This document shows, piece by piece, positions 41,707 to 52,328 of a stretch of 64,000 bases of DNA. The notes under the pieces were generated by a model. It searched no databases, had not been told where the DNA came from, and worked only from the letters and a program-made list of their open reading frames with translations. Numbering within the stretch: the stretch's first letter is position 1; every line of letters starts with the position of its first letter. The translations under genes and the position numbers were made by a program. The stretch spans positions 1-64,000 of the forward strand of contig CBDDDG010000021.1 in the NCBI GenBank assembly GCA_965226555.1, written 5' to 3'. This stretch comes from Salinispira sp. Its GTDB lineage: Bacteria > Spirochaetota > Spirochaetia > DSM-27196 > Salinispiraceae.

Positions 41707-43515
41707 ATGAGTTCCTACGATATTTCCTGCATTCGGAATTTTTGTATTATTGCCCACATTGATCATGGAAAATCGACATTGGCCGATCGTTTTATTGAGC
41801 GTTCGCATATTATCTCTGAGCGGGAATACCGCGATCAGATTCTCGATAATATGGATATTGAACGGGAGCGCGGTATTACCATAAAGAGTCAGGCAGTTAC
41901 CGTGATCCACAGGAGTAATGGTAAGGACTATGAACTCAATTTTGTCGATACTCCCGGCCATGTTGATTTTACCTATGAGGTTTCCCGAGCTATTGCGTCC
42001 TGCGAAGGCGCCCTGCTCCTCGTGGATGCCTCACAGGGTGTGGAAGCCCAGACTATCTCGAATCTTTACCTAGCGCTTGAACATGATCTGGAGATTATTC
42101 CCGTTATCAACAAGATTGATATGCCGGCTGCCGATGTCGACCGTGTACGCGCGCAGATTGATCATGATCTCGGACTAGACAGCAGCGAGGCTGTTCTTGT
42201 TTCAGCAAAATTGGGAACGGGTATTGATGAACTCTTCGAAAAAATTGTCAATGTAATCCCAGCCCCTCAGACAGTGCGGAGCAGCGCAACCCGGGCACTG
42301 GTTTTCGATTCCCATTACGATGCCTACCGAGGTGTTGTGGTGCATTGCAGGGTTTTTGACGGCAGCATTTACCAAGGACAGGAAATACTTCTCATGGGTT
42401 CACAATCATCTTATAAAATTGATGAAATTGGGCGCTTCAAAATTGACCTTGAACAATGTGAGAAACTGGAGTCTGGTGAGGTTGGCTATTTTCTGGCCGG
42501 TATAAAAAATATTAGCGACATTCAGGTGGGTGATACCATTACCGATACCATCCGCGCGGCTAACAAGGCCCTGCCGGGGTTCAGAGAAGTTAAACCCATG
42601 GTGTACTCATCTATCTATCCTGTGGACAGTAATGCCTACAAGGATCTTGCTGACGCAATGGACAAGCTCAAGCTCAATGATGCCAGCCTGATATTCGAGA
42701 AGGATAGTTCTGCCGCATTGGGCTTCGGCTTCAAATGCGGATTTCTCGGGCTTCTTCATCTTGATGTGGTGCAGGAGCGCCTCGAACGGGAATTTGATCT
42801 TTCTGTTGTTTTTACAGCCCCCTCAGTACGTTATGAGGTTCATCTCCTGAATGATCAGACTGTTTCCGTAGAAACTCCCGCTGAAATGCCCGATACAGCA
42901 CAGATCGATTACGCGCGGGAGCCCTATATCCGCGCGAGTATTATTACTCCGGTTGAATATATCGGGAATCTCATGGCGCTCTGTCTTGAGAAACGCGGTA
43001 TTCAGAAGGATATGATCTATCTTGATGAGAAGAGGGTAGAGGTGATCTATGAGATGCCTCTGGCAGAGGTGCTCTTCGAATTTTACGATCGCCTCAAAAG
43101 TCTGAGCCGAGGCTATGCCAGTTTCGATTATGAGATTATCGACCATAGAAGAACAAACCTGGTACGCCTTGATATCCTCATTAACGGTAACCCTGTTGAC
43201 ACCCTGAGCCAGCTTGTATTTCGGGAAAACGCGGCTGTAAAGGCCCGGAAAATCTGTAAGAAACTCAGCCGTGAAATACCCCGTCATCAGTTCAAAATCC
43301 CCATCCAAGGCGCCATTGGAAGCAGCATCATAGCCCGGGAAACAATTAACGCTGTCCGAAAGGATGTAACCGCCAAATGTTACGGCGGCGACATTACCCG
43401 AAAACGCAAACTGCTTGAAAAGCAGAAGGAAGGCAAGAAACGCCTGAAGATGGTCGGCAATGTTGAACTCCCCCAGAGTGCCTTTCTCTCGGTGCTCCGC
43501 AGCGATGAGAACTGA
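41707..43515 (+). CDS. lepA: Elongation factor 4 (LepA)
   Basis: IRNFCIIAHIDHGKSTLADR, CGFLGLLH, KDVTAKCYGGDITRKRKLLEKQKEGKK. Confidence 0.99.
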   Translation: MSSYDISCIRNFCIIAHIDHGKSTLADRFIERSHIISEREYRDQILDNMDIERERGITIKSQAVTVIHRSNGKDYELNFVDTPGHVDFTYEVSRAIASCEGALLLVDASQGVEAQTISNLYLALEHDLEIIPVINKIDMPAADVDRVRAQIDHDLGLDSSEAVLVSAKLGTGIDELFEKIVNVIPAPQTVRSSATRALVFDSHYDAYRGVVVHCRVFDGSIYQGQEILLMGSQSSYKIDEIGRFKIDLEQCEKLESGEVGYFLAGIKNISDIQVGDTITDTIRAANKALPGFREVKPMVYSSIYPVDSNAYKDLADAMDKLKLNDASLIFEKDSSAALGFGFKCGFLGLLHLDVVQERLEREFDLSVVFTAPSVRYEVHLLNDQTVSVETPAEMPDTAQIDYAREPYIRASIITPVEYIGNLMALCLEKRGIQKDMIYLDEKRVEVIYEMPLAEVLFEFYDRLKSLSRGYASFDYEIIDHRRTNLVRLDILINGNPVDTLSQLVFRENAAVKARKICKKLSREIPRHQFKIPIQGAIGSSIIARETINAVRKDVTAKCYGGDITRKRKLLEKQKEGKKRLKMVGNVELPQSAFLSVLRSDEN

Positions 43516-43586
43516 TTCCCGCTGCTGCTGTTACCGCTGAGGCTGCTGCCGCTGTTACCGTTGAGCCCGCTGAGGAAGATATTTTC

Positions 43587-45686
43587 CTATGTATGGCGCC
43601 AGCTCAGTAAACGTGTCACATATCTGATCCAGTACCTCGTATTTCCTGCGAGAGCTGTAAGAAAAGAGGGGCTCGGTGATGGCGAGCGCTGACCCGGAAG
43701 AAAGCGCCAGAGGAAATCCCGCTTGTTGAGAAGGGTGTGAATCTCAGACCACTGCCGTTCCAGATCATGCCCCTCGGTCTCATGCCTGCCTGTCTGCAGC
43801 GCAGATTTTCCGGAACTCCCGCCGTTTCCGGCAATATCTTTGGAAGATGATTTTGATACAAGCGGAAACAGGACGGTGATATCATACTGAAGTTTTTGCA
43901 GTTCCTGCAGTAATTCCTGAAGCTCCTGCCGGAAATTCTTTTTTGCCGGTTCATGGGGGAGCTGCTCTTTGTTTTCTGCCATTTCTCCGTTTTCTGCTGC
44001 CGAGTGTTCGGCGGTGCCGGTGAAGCGCTGCTGTCGCTGCTGCATTAGTTGCGTATCTGTTCCTTCCATGGTCATAGCGGCGCCGGTGAAGGGGAAAACA
44101 CGGTTACTGCCGAAACGCTGTGACAGTTCTTTAAAGCGCGCAGCATAACTGCGCATGAGTTCATCGCTGAGGGCCGGCCGACCGGAGAGTTCGGTATGAA
44201 AGTGCCTCGGAACCTCAAGCCCCCACTGCGCTGCGGGAGAAAGGCGGGCAGCAGTCCGCAGTACACGTTGATGCGCCGGCGCAGACCTGCTGTGCGTGCG
44301 TCCGGGAGGAAAGGCGAAGTCAAAACCGCAGTGGTAAATCGGAGCTCTGCTGTAGTGGAGGAGGATGTAGAGCGCAAGGGGGCCGACACTTCCCAGCGGG
44401 GGCAGACGGGGAATGTCTGCGGGCAGCATGTCGAGAAATGAGGTTTCAGCAAAGCGGCTCAGGAAGGCTGCGCGGTTTCTGAAGAGCCGCAGCGATGGCG
44501 GGTGCGCGAGTATATCGTGAACAAGCAGGCTGTTTCCGGTGAAGGAGCAGGCAGATGAGCAGATGAAGTCATCCATATTGGCGAACTGACCCTCTAACAT
44601 AAATATGATTTCAGGAACCACCCCTGCTTCAATGAGAGTCGGCAGGGCAGTATCTACCGCAGCAATCACCCAATTTTTCTCCGCGTGCCGACTTTTCTCC
44701 GCGATCAGCCCTTCGTCTCCGTGTCGGTTTTTCTCCCCATGCAGCCTTTCGTCCGCACATCGGCGCAATTTTTCAAGAACATCTTCAAGACCGACTCCGG
44801 CACCACAAAGAATAACCGATTTGTTGTCTGTGAGCTTGCGAAGAGCATGCCCTAATCTGTCCGAATCCCCCGATTGCCCGTCCCCCGAATCCCCTGCAGA
44901 GATATTTCCTTTTGTTTCCTCATATTCCAGAGAATTGACCAAGACATTTCTGATCCAGAGGTGAGACATGAAGAGGATGGTGGAATGGTTTCGCCAATTC
45001 TGCCGGATGCGGCGGATGGCGCATTCCCTGAGCAGATTATCGTGCTGCCCGCGGCCGCAGAAGCGGAGCCCCTGCACTCTGCGCAGGCGTCTGCGTACAT
45101 TGTCCTCACACAATGAACATGCCCCCCCGGTAAAAAATATCTCTTCCAGCCAGTGAAGTTGCCGGCCGGCAGTAGATTCAGGGCAGAAAATGATCCGTGG
45201 CATATCTTCCAGCTTTGAGCGGAGCCTTTGCCATGCCAGATACTGGGAATTTCGAATGTTCTCATCGGATGAGTTTCCATCCGATTCCTGCGGGTGATCG
45301 GCTGCAAGGGGGCGGTCGGCAAGGGGGTGATCGGCAGCAAGGGGGCGGTCGGCTGCAAGGGGGCGCTCGGCTGTGAAAAACGGAAAAAGAAGTTTTTCAG
45401 TTTCAAAAATAATGAGCAGAGAGTTCTCAGGCAGGGAATTGTTAAGGAGGCAGGAAAGACCGTAGCCCAGCCCGGGAGAAAAAAGGAGGTAGAGGCAGAA
45501 GTCCTTATTGAGCATGCGCGCAAAGCGCCGACTGAACTCCGTTTCCTCTGTCAGACGGCGATAGACTGACTGCCCCCTAATTCGGACATTCAGTTTTCCG
45601 CCATCAACGAAGAACACGATCCCTTCCGAATCGCCCCTGCTCCCGGCATCCGCTCTGCCTGGGGGCAATTCTTGCTGCCGATTCAT
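43587..45686 (-). CDS. DUF115/Maf-like (motility-associated factor, MptE-like) protein with low-complexity inserts
   Basis: SPGLGYGL, LW.RN...N, CGAG..L, AVDTALP.L...G..P, GFDFAF..G.TH. Confidence 0.7.
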   Translation of the reverse strand: MNRQQELPPGRADAGSRGDSEGIVFFVDGGKLNVRIRGQSVYRRLTEETEFSRRFARMLNKDFCLYLLFSPGLGYGLSCLLNNSLPENSLLIIFETEKLLFPFFTAERPLAADRPLAADHPLADRPLAADHPQESDGNSSDENIRNSQYLAWQRLRSKLEDMPRIIFCPESTAGRQLHWLEEIFFTGGACSLCEDNVRRRLRRVQGLRFCGRGQHDNLLRECAIRRIRQNWRNHSTILFMSHLWIRNVLVNSLEYEETKGNISAGDSGDGQSGDSDRLGHALRKLTDNKSVILCGAGVGLEDVLEKLRRCADERLHGEKNRHGDEGLIAEKSRHAEKNWVIAAVDTALPTLIEAGVVPEIIFMLEGQFANMDDFICSSACSFTGNSLLVHDILAHPPSLRLFRNRAAFLSRFAETSFLDMLPADIPRLPPLGSVGPLALYILLHYSRAPIYHCGFDFAFPPGRTHSRSAPAHQRVLRTAARLSPAAQWGLEVPRHFHTELSGRPALSDELMRSYAARFKELSQRFGSNRVFPFTGAAMTMEGTDTQLMQQRQQRFTGTAEHSAAENGEMAENKEQLPHEPAKKNFRQELQELLQELQKLQYDITVLFPLVSKSSSKDIAGNGGSSGKSALQTGRHETEGHDLERQWSEIHTLLNKRDFLWRFLPGQRSPSPSPSFLTALAGNTRYWIRYVTRLLSWRHT

Positions 45687-45750
45687 GACCCTTCCCTCAA
45701 GCGGCTACCGCTCCCTCTGCCCGGGAGCCCGTGGGGCAGCTGAAGTCGGC

Positions 45751-47142
45751 TCATGACCTTCGGAATAATTTTACGATGGGATTGTTCAAGAGAGAATCGA
45801 CTTTGACCGTCTTTCCAAGTTTCTGGAACACTTCGGCATAGCAGGGATATGGATGGATAATCCCGCTGAGTTTGCCGTAGCGAATGCCGAGGGCCTTTAT
45901 AACCTGAAGCTCGGAGATCATTTCTCCTGCCCGATCGGCAAGAATGGAAGCCCCGAGTACTTTCGCAGATGAATTGAGTATGAGCTTTACCCGTTCAATG
46001 GAGGGACCCTTAGTCCGTGTACGGTCTAAATTGTTCATATCAAAATTGTACACGCGAATTTTATCGCCATAACGTTCCCGTGCATCCGCTTCGGTAAAAC
46101 CCGCCCGGGCCAGCTCGGGTTCCGTAAAGGTTACCCATGCAACATGGTCATAGTTCACCGACATGTTTATCGGAAGTACCGCATTGAGCGCAGCCGTTAT
46201 CGCCTGATAATTGGCCATGTGGGAGAATTGATAGGGACCGGTAACATCGCCAAGAGCATAGACCCCCGCTGCCGATGTCTGCATTTTACGGTTTACGATA
46301 ATTCCCCGGCGCTCGTAGCGAATCCCTCCGGCTTCTAAGTTCAGGGCTTCAACATTCGGTTTGCGCCCCACCGCGGCGAGAATGGCTTGCGCTTTGATGC
46401 TATCTGTCTTGCCGTCGCGTTCATATGTGAGCTTTATGCCTGCGCTGCTCTGTTCCACCTTTGCTGCCTTTGCTCCAAGGTACAATTCCACTCCTTCAGC
46501 ACGGATTTTCTCCTGAAGCGGATGAACCATGTCCATCTCCTCTCTGAAAAGAATACTGGGCATCATCTCAATAAGTTTGACCCTTACCCCCATACGGTTC
46601 ATGGCCTGCGCAAGTTCAATGCCTATGGCGCCGCCGCCGAGAACAATAATGCTTTCAGGAAAACGCTCAAGCTCAAAAATAGTTTCATTACTGAGATAAT
46701 CTACCTCATTGAGACCGGGAATGGGAGGAATAAATGGGGCTGATCCGGTAGAAATAATAATTTTTCTGGCAGATACTTCCGTATCGCCGATTTTCAGCCT
46801 CCGGCGGTCAATAAATGAGGCTTCTCCCTGCATCCAGACAATGCCCATTTTCTCAAGAGTTTCGGGATCCTCATGCCGGTAAACCTCTTCACGGACCGTT
46901 CTGGCATGTTCAAGAGCAAGACGGGTGTCGTAAACATAATTCGGCACCCGCTGACGAAGGGTATATGCCGCGCGGGCCTCGTTTATGAGCGCCTTACTCG
47001 GCACACAGCCGGACCAGGTACATTCGCCCCCGGCCTTATTGCGTTCGACAAGAAGGACCTTCTTCCCAAGCCCGACCCCGTTTACCGCAGCGGTTATTCC
47101 TCCCGCTCCGGCGCCAATGACGACAATATCATAATGATTCAT
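45751..47142 (-). CDS. Pyridine nucleotide-disulfide oxidoreductase (dihydrolipoamide dehydrogenase/mercuric reductase-like)
   Basis: GAGAGG, GGECTWSGCVPSKAL, GGGAIG.E, GDV.G, FTEPELA, IHPYP. Confidence 0.9.
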   Translation of the reverse strand: MNHYDIVVIGAGAGGITAAVNGVGLGKKVLLVERNKAGGECTWSGCVPSKALINEARAAYTLRQRVPNYVYDTRLALEHARTVREEVYRHEDPETLEKMGIVWMQGEASFIDRRRLKIGDTEVSARKIIISTGSAPFIPPIPGLNEVDYLSNETIFELERFPESIIVLGGGAIGIELAQAMNRMGVRVKLIEMMPSILFREEMDMVHPLQEKIRAEGVELYLGAKAAKVEQSSAGIKLTYERDGKTDSIKAQAILAAVGRKPNVEALNLEAGGIRYERRGIIVNRKMQTSAAGVYALGDVTGPYQFSHMANYQAITAALNAVLPINMSVNYDHVAWVTFTEPELARAGFTEADARERYGDKIRVYNFDMNNLDRTRTKGPSIERVKLILNSSAKVLGASILADRAGEMISELQVIKALGIRYGKLSGIIHPYPCYAEVFQKLGKTVKVDSLLNNPIVKLFRRS

Positions 47143-47255
47143 GTTAACTCCTCCTCAGTGTTTCTGAGAATTTTGATTTTGATGTTGATGAAAACGTTTT
47201 GCATATTCCTTCCAGAAAGCATAGGTGTATTGTTTCGGCGGATCAAGGGACACAG

Positions 47256-47282
47256 GAGGATTGTGAGGATCGGGTTTTACGC
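47256..47282. repeat. 27-bp direct repeat copy of mfd-internal sequence (partner 48916-48942)
   Basis: GAGGATTGTGAGGATCGGGTTTTACGC is exact at both sites. Confidence 0.93.
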
Positions 47283-47292
47283 CGCCGCGGGC

Positions 47293-47889
47293 TTAATGCT
47301 TGGATGATTTGTTGTCCGGTTTCCAAACGATGTGACCGTTGACACCGTGTTTGTCGTAAGTCGCCAAAACATCTTTGGCGAATTTCATTAAACGCTCATC
47401 GTCGAGTGCTTCCGCTTGTTTATGCAGATTAATAAATAACTGCTTTGCGGTTTCGGTTTGGTTGTAATTTTTCTTTTGGTAATTGTGGGCACCGCATAAG
47501 ATTTGCCCGTTGCTGATAGTCGCTTTGCCGCCACTGGATTTGGGACGGATATGGTCGACTTGCAATTCCACACCGTCCTTTTTACTAAGTCCGCAAACCG
47601 CGCATTTGTACTTTCCTATTTTCATAATCACCGCTTTTTGCGCGGGCGTGAAATCTTTTTGATCTTTTTCGGTTGCAAGTTTCGGGTCGTAACGATAAAC
47701 GCCCTTGCTAATTTTCTGCAACAAGCCTTCGGCATGCAGCAACCGAATCGCCCGGTCAGGGTCACGGAACTTTTTGCCCGGTTGCTTTTCATATTCACTG
47801 ACAATGGCAGGCACTGACTCTTCGTGATGAATATTACGGTTTGGATTGGCCAAGAAAAAATCTCGGACAATTTTGGATTGACTTGCCAT
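47293..47889 (-). CDS. HNH endonuclease, putative restriction enzyme
   Basis: CAVCG...LQVDHIRP.S.GG.AT..NGQILC..HN..K; directly downstream of the MTase. Confidence 0.88.
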   Translation of the reverse strand: MASQSKIVRDFFLANPNRNIHHEESVPAIVSEYEKQPGKKFRDPDRAIRLLHAEGLLQKISKGVYRYDPKLATEKDQKDFTPAQKAVIMKIGKYKCAVCGLSKKDGVELQVDHIRPKSSGGKATISNGQILCGAHNYQKKNYNQTETAKQLFINLHKQAEALDDERLMKFAKDVLATYDKHGVNGHIVWKPDNKSSKH

Positions 47890-47894
47890 TTTTG

Positions 47895-48680
47895 TTACGC
47901 CGTCGACGCTTGTTGGTCACTGAACAAATTAAATGTTTCGTTGCTGATTCTGGTTTTTGTCAATTTGCAAAACGTGTATTCCAATTCAATGCCGATTGCA
48001 TTGCGCTGATGCGCACGTGCTTCCAAGATGGTTGTGCCACTACCGCAGAACGGGTCAAGCACAGTGTCGCCCACAAACGAAAATAATTTGATACATCGTT
48101 TCGGCAACTCACGCGGGAAAGGCGCGGGGTGCCCGATGCGCTTTGCGCTCTCGCCGGGAAAACTCCACATACCTTTTACCCAATCTTTAAATTCATCCGT
48201 GCTAATGTCGTTTGCGCCTTGGCGTTTGCGTTTCCACTCGTCTTTATACAAAACAATAATGACTTCCACCGGTGCGATAATATGCGGAGCGCTTGCCGAG
48301 CACCAACTTCCCCATGCGGTGTTGCGCGAAATGTTGCCTTCATTCCAAATAATTGTGGCATGATATTTCCAACCGAGTTTTAACGCAATTTGGGTTAAAT
48401 CGGCACATACCGGCCGTTTCCCGCCTTTGTTTTTGTCTAGCCCAACATTCAAACAAAATCGTCCGGTGGTGCGAGTCCACAGCAATACATTCGCCATCCA
48501 TTGCCGCGAAAATTCCAAATAATCGGAATAGTCCAACAAATCGCCTTTTCCGTTTCCGCTGTATTTCATTCCCAAATTATACGGCGGCGAGGTGACGGTC
48601 AAATCTACCGAGTCGGCAGGCAGAGTATGTGCACGCGTACAATTCGCGTTGATGATTTGCGTTTTGGGTGCGTTAAGCAT
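47895..48680 (-). CDS. Beta-class amino (N4-C/N6-A) DNA methyltransferase
   Basis: N-terminal SPPY (motif IV), HPAPFP, C-terminal DPFCGSGTT (motif I). Confidence 0.93.
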   Translation of the reverse strand: MLNAPKTQIINANCTRAHTLPADSVDLTVTSPPYNLGMKYSGNGKGDLLDYSDYLEFSRQWMANVLLWTRTTGRFCLNVGLDKNKGGKRPVCADLTQIALKLGWKYHATIIWNEGNISRNTAWGSWCSASAPHIIAPVEVIIVLYKDEWKRKRQGANDISTDEFKDWVKGMWSFPGESAKRIGHPAPFPRELPKRCIKLFSFVGDTVLDPFCGSGTTILEARAHQRNAIGIELEYTFCKLTKTRISNETFNLFSDQQASTA

Positions 48681-48829
48681 TGGTATTCCCCTTGATTCAT
48701 GAAAAATACGGGCTTCACATGAAAAATGGTATAATTTTGATGAGATTGGTGCGTTGCAACAATCTCATCTGTAGAACAAAGTATCATTCATTCCGACAGA
48801 ATGTCAAACCCACATGTGAAGTTCCTCTT

Positions 48830-51800
48830 TCATCCCCTAATGGAAGAGAGCCTGTCGCGCAGATATTCACTTTTTTCATGGAGCTTGATCATATGGGTGT
48901 CGACTAGGAGCACCTGAGGATTGTGAGGATCGGGTTTTACGCTGCCGCCGCTCGTGCGTATCAGTTCCATTACCCTGTCGAAATTCAAGTCGGCAATGCG
49001 GGAAAAATAGATTTCTGCCTGTCCGCGCCGTTCGCGTATTTTTACTATTCCCAGCTGATGGCAGAGTATTCGTGTTTCGGCAAGCGAGATAAGGCTGGCA
49101 ACTTCATCGGGGATGGTTCCAAAGCGATCGGTTATGTCGGCATAAAGTCCGTTGAGTTCTTCCTGTGTGTTTACTGCCGCTATATGCTTATAGAGTTCCA
49201 TTTTTTCCATTGTGTCGGTAATATAGGCATCTGGAATGTAGCCGGTGTATTCCATCTCCAGATAAATTTCTTCAGGAAGTTCATCGGTATTCTCGCTCAA
49301 ACGCCGTATTGCCTGATCAAGAAGTTTGAGGTAAAGATCAAAGCCGATGCTGTAAATATCGCCGCTCTGCTGGCGGCCGAGGAGGTTGCCGGCGCCGCGG
49401 ATTTCCAGATCCTTCATGGCAATCTTGAAGCCGGAGCCGAGCTCTGTATTGTCGCTTATAATTTGAAGCCGTTTCATAGCTATCTCGCTGAGCGATTGCT
49501 TCTCAGGGTAAAAAAGATAGGCGTAGGCAAGCCGCGCTGAGCGTCCCACCCGCCCCCTGAGCTGATAGAGCTGGCTTATGCCGTACATATCGGCGCGGCC
49601 AATGATGATGGTATTGACATTGGGAATGTCAATGCCGTTTTCAATAATTGTTGTGGTCACAAGTACTTCGAAGGCTCCGTGGATGAAACGGTGCATAATG
49701 TCCTCAAGATCATGAGGCTTCATCTGACCATGGGCCTGTTCAACAGAAATTTCGGGCAGCAGATTCTGAAGAAATGTCTGAATGTTATCGAGAGTTTCTA
49801 TGCGGTTGTGCAGATAAAATACCTGACCGCCCCGTTCAATTTCACGGCGGATGGCCGATGCGGCCCGTTCGCCGCTGAAGGGTTCAACATGGGTTTCAAT
49901 GGGGCGCCGATTATGAGGCGGTGTTTTTAGGAGGCTCATATCCCGAATTTTGAGAAGGCTCATGTGGAGGGTACGGGGGATGGGGGTGGCTGAAAGGGTG
50001 AGGCAGTCAACTGAGGTCTTAAGCGCTTTTAAATGTTCTTTGTCCTTCACCCCGAAGCGTTGTTCTTCATCAATGATGATCAGACCGAGGTTTTTGAATA
50101 CAACATCCTTTTGGATGAGTCGGTGGGTTCCGATGGCAAGATCAAGTGTTCCGTCTGCGAGCCCTGCGATAATTTTTTTCTGTTCTGCGGGAGCAACGAG
50201 GCGGCTCATCATACCGATGTTGAGCGGAAATGCCTTTGTCCGTTCTTCTATGGTCTCATAGTGCTGTTCAACGAGGATTGTTGTGGGCGCCAGAAAGGCC
50301 ACCTGCTTGCCCGCGCTGAGCGCCTTAAACGCAGCGCGCATGGCAATTTCTGTTTTCCCGTAGCCTACATCGCCGCAGACAAGGCGGTCCATGGGAAGCG
50401 GGCGCTCCATGTCCTGTTTAACTTCCTCAATACACCGTATCTGATCCTCGGTTTCTTCAAAGGGAAAGGCTGCCTCAAACTCAATTTGCCATTCACTGTC
50501 TGGAGGAAAGGCATATCCTGTGATCTTTTGCCGTTTACTGTAGATATCGAGTAAGTGCTCGGCAAGGTCTTCTACATGCCGGGAAACCCGCGATTTACGC
50601 TTTTCCCAGCTCTTTCCCCCTATCCTATCGAGACGGGGGGCATTTCCGCTGCTTCCAATGTAGCGCTGTACCAGGTTTACCTGCTCTATTGGAACGAAAA
50701 CAAATTCCTCATCGGCAAATTCAAGTTTTATGTAATCGCGCTCATTTCCGCCTGCCTGTATGCGCTGAATGGCAATAAAGCGGCCGATGCCATGGTGCAC
50801 ATGAACAACATAGTCCTTTTCATCGAGCTCCACAAAACTGTCAATTGCCTCGCTCTGTACCTTCTTCATTGATTGGGGAGTTCTCCGTTTACGTCCGAAT
50901 AGTTCATTTTCATGAATGATCATAAAAGACGATTCAGGGATACTGAAGCCGGCAGAGATACTTCCGGTAACAATGCGTAGCGGAAGATCCGCGAACAGGC
51001 GCTCAAGCCGGTTTTTCTGAGCCTCGGAGTCGGTGAGAAGAAAGACCGTGTACCCCGCCGCCTCAAGGTTTTTTATTTCATCGCGAAAGAACTGTATGTT
51101 ACCGAAAAAACTCCGCGGCTCATCGGAATGGAAATGTATTTCCTTCCGGGGGGCGGGGGCATCTGCCGGTAACCCCTTGTTCAGCAGGGGAAGGCGCAGC
51201 AGAGCGGGGCAGGCCTTCTCATGTTCGTGCAGAGGAAAAAGCAGAGGCTGGGGCATGGCAGGCGCTTCGCTGCGGCGCATCCTTCGGTATAGTGCATCAT
51301 ATTCATGGCGGAGCCCATCTGCGGCAGACAAACAGCGCTCGTACTCACCAATAACAGTAATATCACCCTCGCTGAGATAGGCGAACAGTGAACCTTCTTC
51401 ATTCCATACCATTTCCTCCGCAGGCCGGAGCATAAACGCTTTGAGATTTTCTATTGAACTCTGCGATAGATGATCGAAGCGGCGAATTTCGCCAATACTA
51501 TTCCAGTTCAGAATCATACGCAGCGGATACTCATCGCCGGGCATGAATAGATCGCAGACCTCGCCTCTGAGCGCGAATTCGCCCGGCGCGGAAACTCGCT
51601 TTACCCGCGTGTAGCCTCGGGAATCAAGCTGCTGAATGAGCATATCTGTTTCAATGTCCTGTTTCTGTGTAATGCGGAGGTACTGTGAACGGATATGCTC
51701 TGGCGGGGGAACGGGGGTCAGAAATGAGCGCAGGCTGGCGCAGAGAATGTCGGTGGAACGGTTCAGAAGGTCTTCCATGCCCCTCAGGCGCGTGCCGAAA

Positions 51801-52105
51801 ATGGCGGAATGAGCGGGGATATCCCGATAGGGAACTGTTCCCCAGCCCGGCAGCGTTGTTACCCTGCGCTTAAGCTGCCGAAGATCATGCGCGAGTAATT
51901 CCACTTCCTGTTCACCGGGCATAACCACAAGCATCATTCTGCCCCGCCGCTCCGATATTTTTGCGAGCAGAAAGGGAAGGAGACCGCCCCGTACACCCAG
52001 CAGATGAAGAGGATGGTCATTCTGCTGAAGGGAATCAAACAATTCCCTGTATGCCGGAAGTGTTTTTAATGTTTCCGAAGTACTGGAATAGAATAAGGAA
52101 TTCAC
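48830..52105 (-). CDS. mfd: Transcription-repair coupling factor
   Basis: GEFALRG, DYVVHVHHGIG, DRLVCGDVGYGKTE, DEEQRFGV, SATPIPRTL, DLEIRGAGNLLG. Confidence 0.98.
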   Translation of the reverse strand: MNSLFYSSTSETLKTLPAYRELFDSLQQNDHPLHLLGVRGGLLPFLLAKISERRGRMMLVVMPGEQEVELLAHDLRQLKRRVTTLPGWGTVPYRDIPAHSAIFGTRLRGMEDLLNRSTDILCASLRSFLTPVPPPEHIRSQYLRITQKQDIETDMLIQQLDSRGYTRVKRVSAPGEFALRGEVCDLFMPGDEYPLRMILNWNSIGEIRRFDHLSQSSIENLKAFMLRPAEEMVWNEEGSLFAYLSEGDITVIGEYERCLSAADGLRHEYDALYRRMRRSEAPAMPQPLLFPLHEHEKACPALLRLPLLNKGLPADAPAPRKEIHFHSDEPRSFFGNIQFFRDEIKNLEAAGYTVFLLTDSEAQKNRLERLFADLPLRIVTGSISAGFSIPESSFMIIHENELFGRKRRTPQSMKKVQSEAIDSFVELDEKDYVVHVHHGIGRFIAIQRIQAGGNERDYIKLEFADEEFVFVPIEQVNLVQRYIGSSGNAPRLDRIGGKSWEKRKSRVSRHVEDLAEHLLDIYSKRQKITGYAFPPDSEWQIEFEAAFPFEETEDQIRCIEEVKQDMERPLPMDRLVCGDVGYGKTEIAMRAAFKALSAGKQVAFLAPTTILVEQHYETIEERTKAFPLNIGMMSRLVAPAEQKKIIAGLADGTLDLAIGTHRLIQKDVVFKNLGLIIIDEEQRFGVKDKEHLKALKTSVDCLTLSATPIPRTLHMSLLKIRDMSLLKTPPHNRRPIETHVEPFSGERAASAIRREIERGGQVFYLHNRIETLDNIQTFLQNLLPEISVEQAHGQMKPHDLEDIMHRFIHGAFEVLVTTTIIENGIDIPNVNTIIIGRADMYGISQLYQLRGRVGRSARLAYAYLFYPEKQSLSEIAMKRLQIISDNTELGSGFKIAMKDLEIRGAGNLLGRQQSGDIYSIGFDLYLKLLDQAIRRLSENTDELPEEIYLEMEYTGYIPDAYITDTMEKMELYKHIAAVNTQEELNGLYADITDRFGTIPDEVASLISLAETRILCHQLGIVKIRERRGQAEIYFSRIADLNFDRVMELIRTSGGSVKPDPHNPQVLLVDTHMIKLHEKSEYLRDRLSSIRG

Positions 52106-52126
52106 TGGAATATCCGATAATATAAT

Positions 52127-52249
52127 AAAGTTTTGCTACTGAAAATTTTGCTCTGCAAAATTTTCCAATGAGGATTCTCTCATCTATATGTTTGATTCTC
52201 TCACGGTATAGAAAGTTTTGCCATAGGCAAAACTTTATCAATGCAAAAC
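52127..52249. repeat. Composite REP-like cluster (long form 52127-52172 plus short form 52209-52249)
   Basis: Reverse complement of 52127-52172 aligns with 8593-8636; TAGAAAGTTTTGCC-ATA-GGCAAAACTTT aligns with 13179. Confidence 0.75.
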
Positions 52250-52328
52250 CATATTATTATTTTTGTATAACGCACCCGCGCATACTGTCATGCAGGATTG
52301 CGGGTAATACAATTGGAGCTACACTTTT

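Noticed and set aside
45751..47142. Mercuric reductase merA
   Set aside because: Lacks the C-terminal Cys-Cys pair and has no mer operon context.
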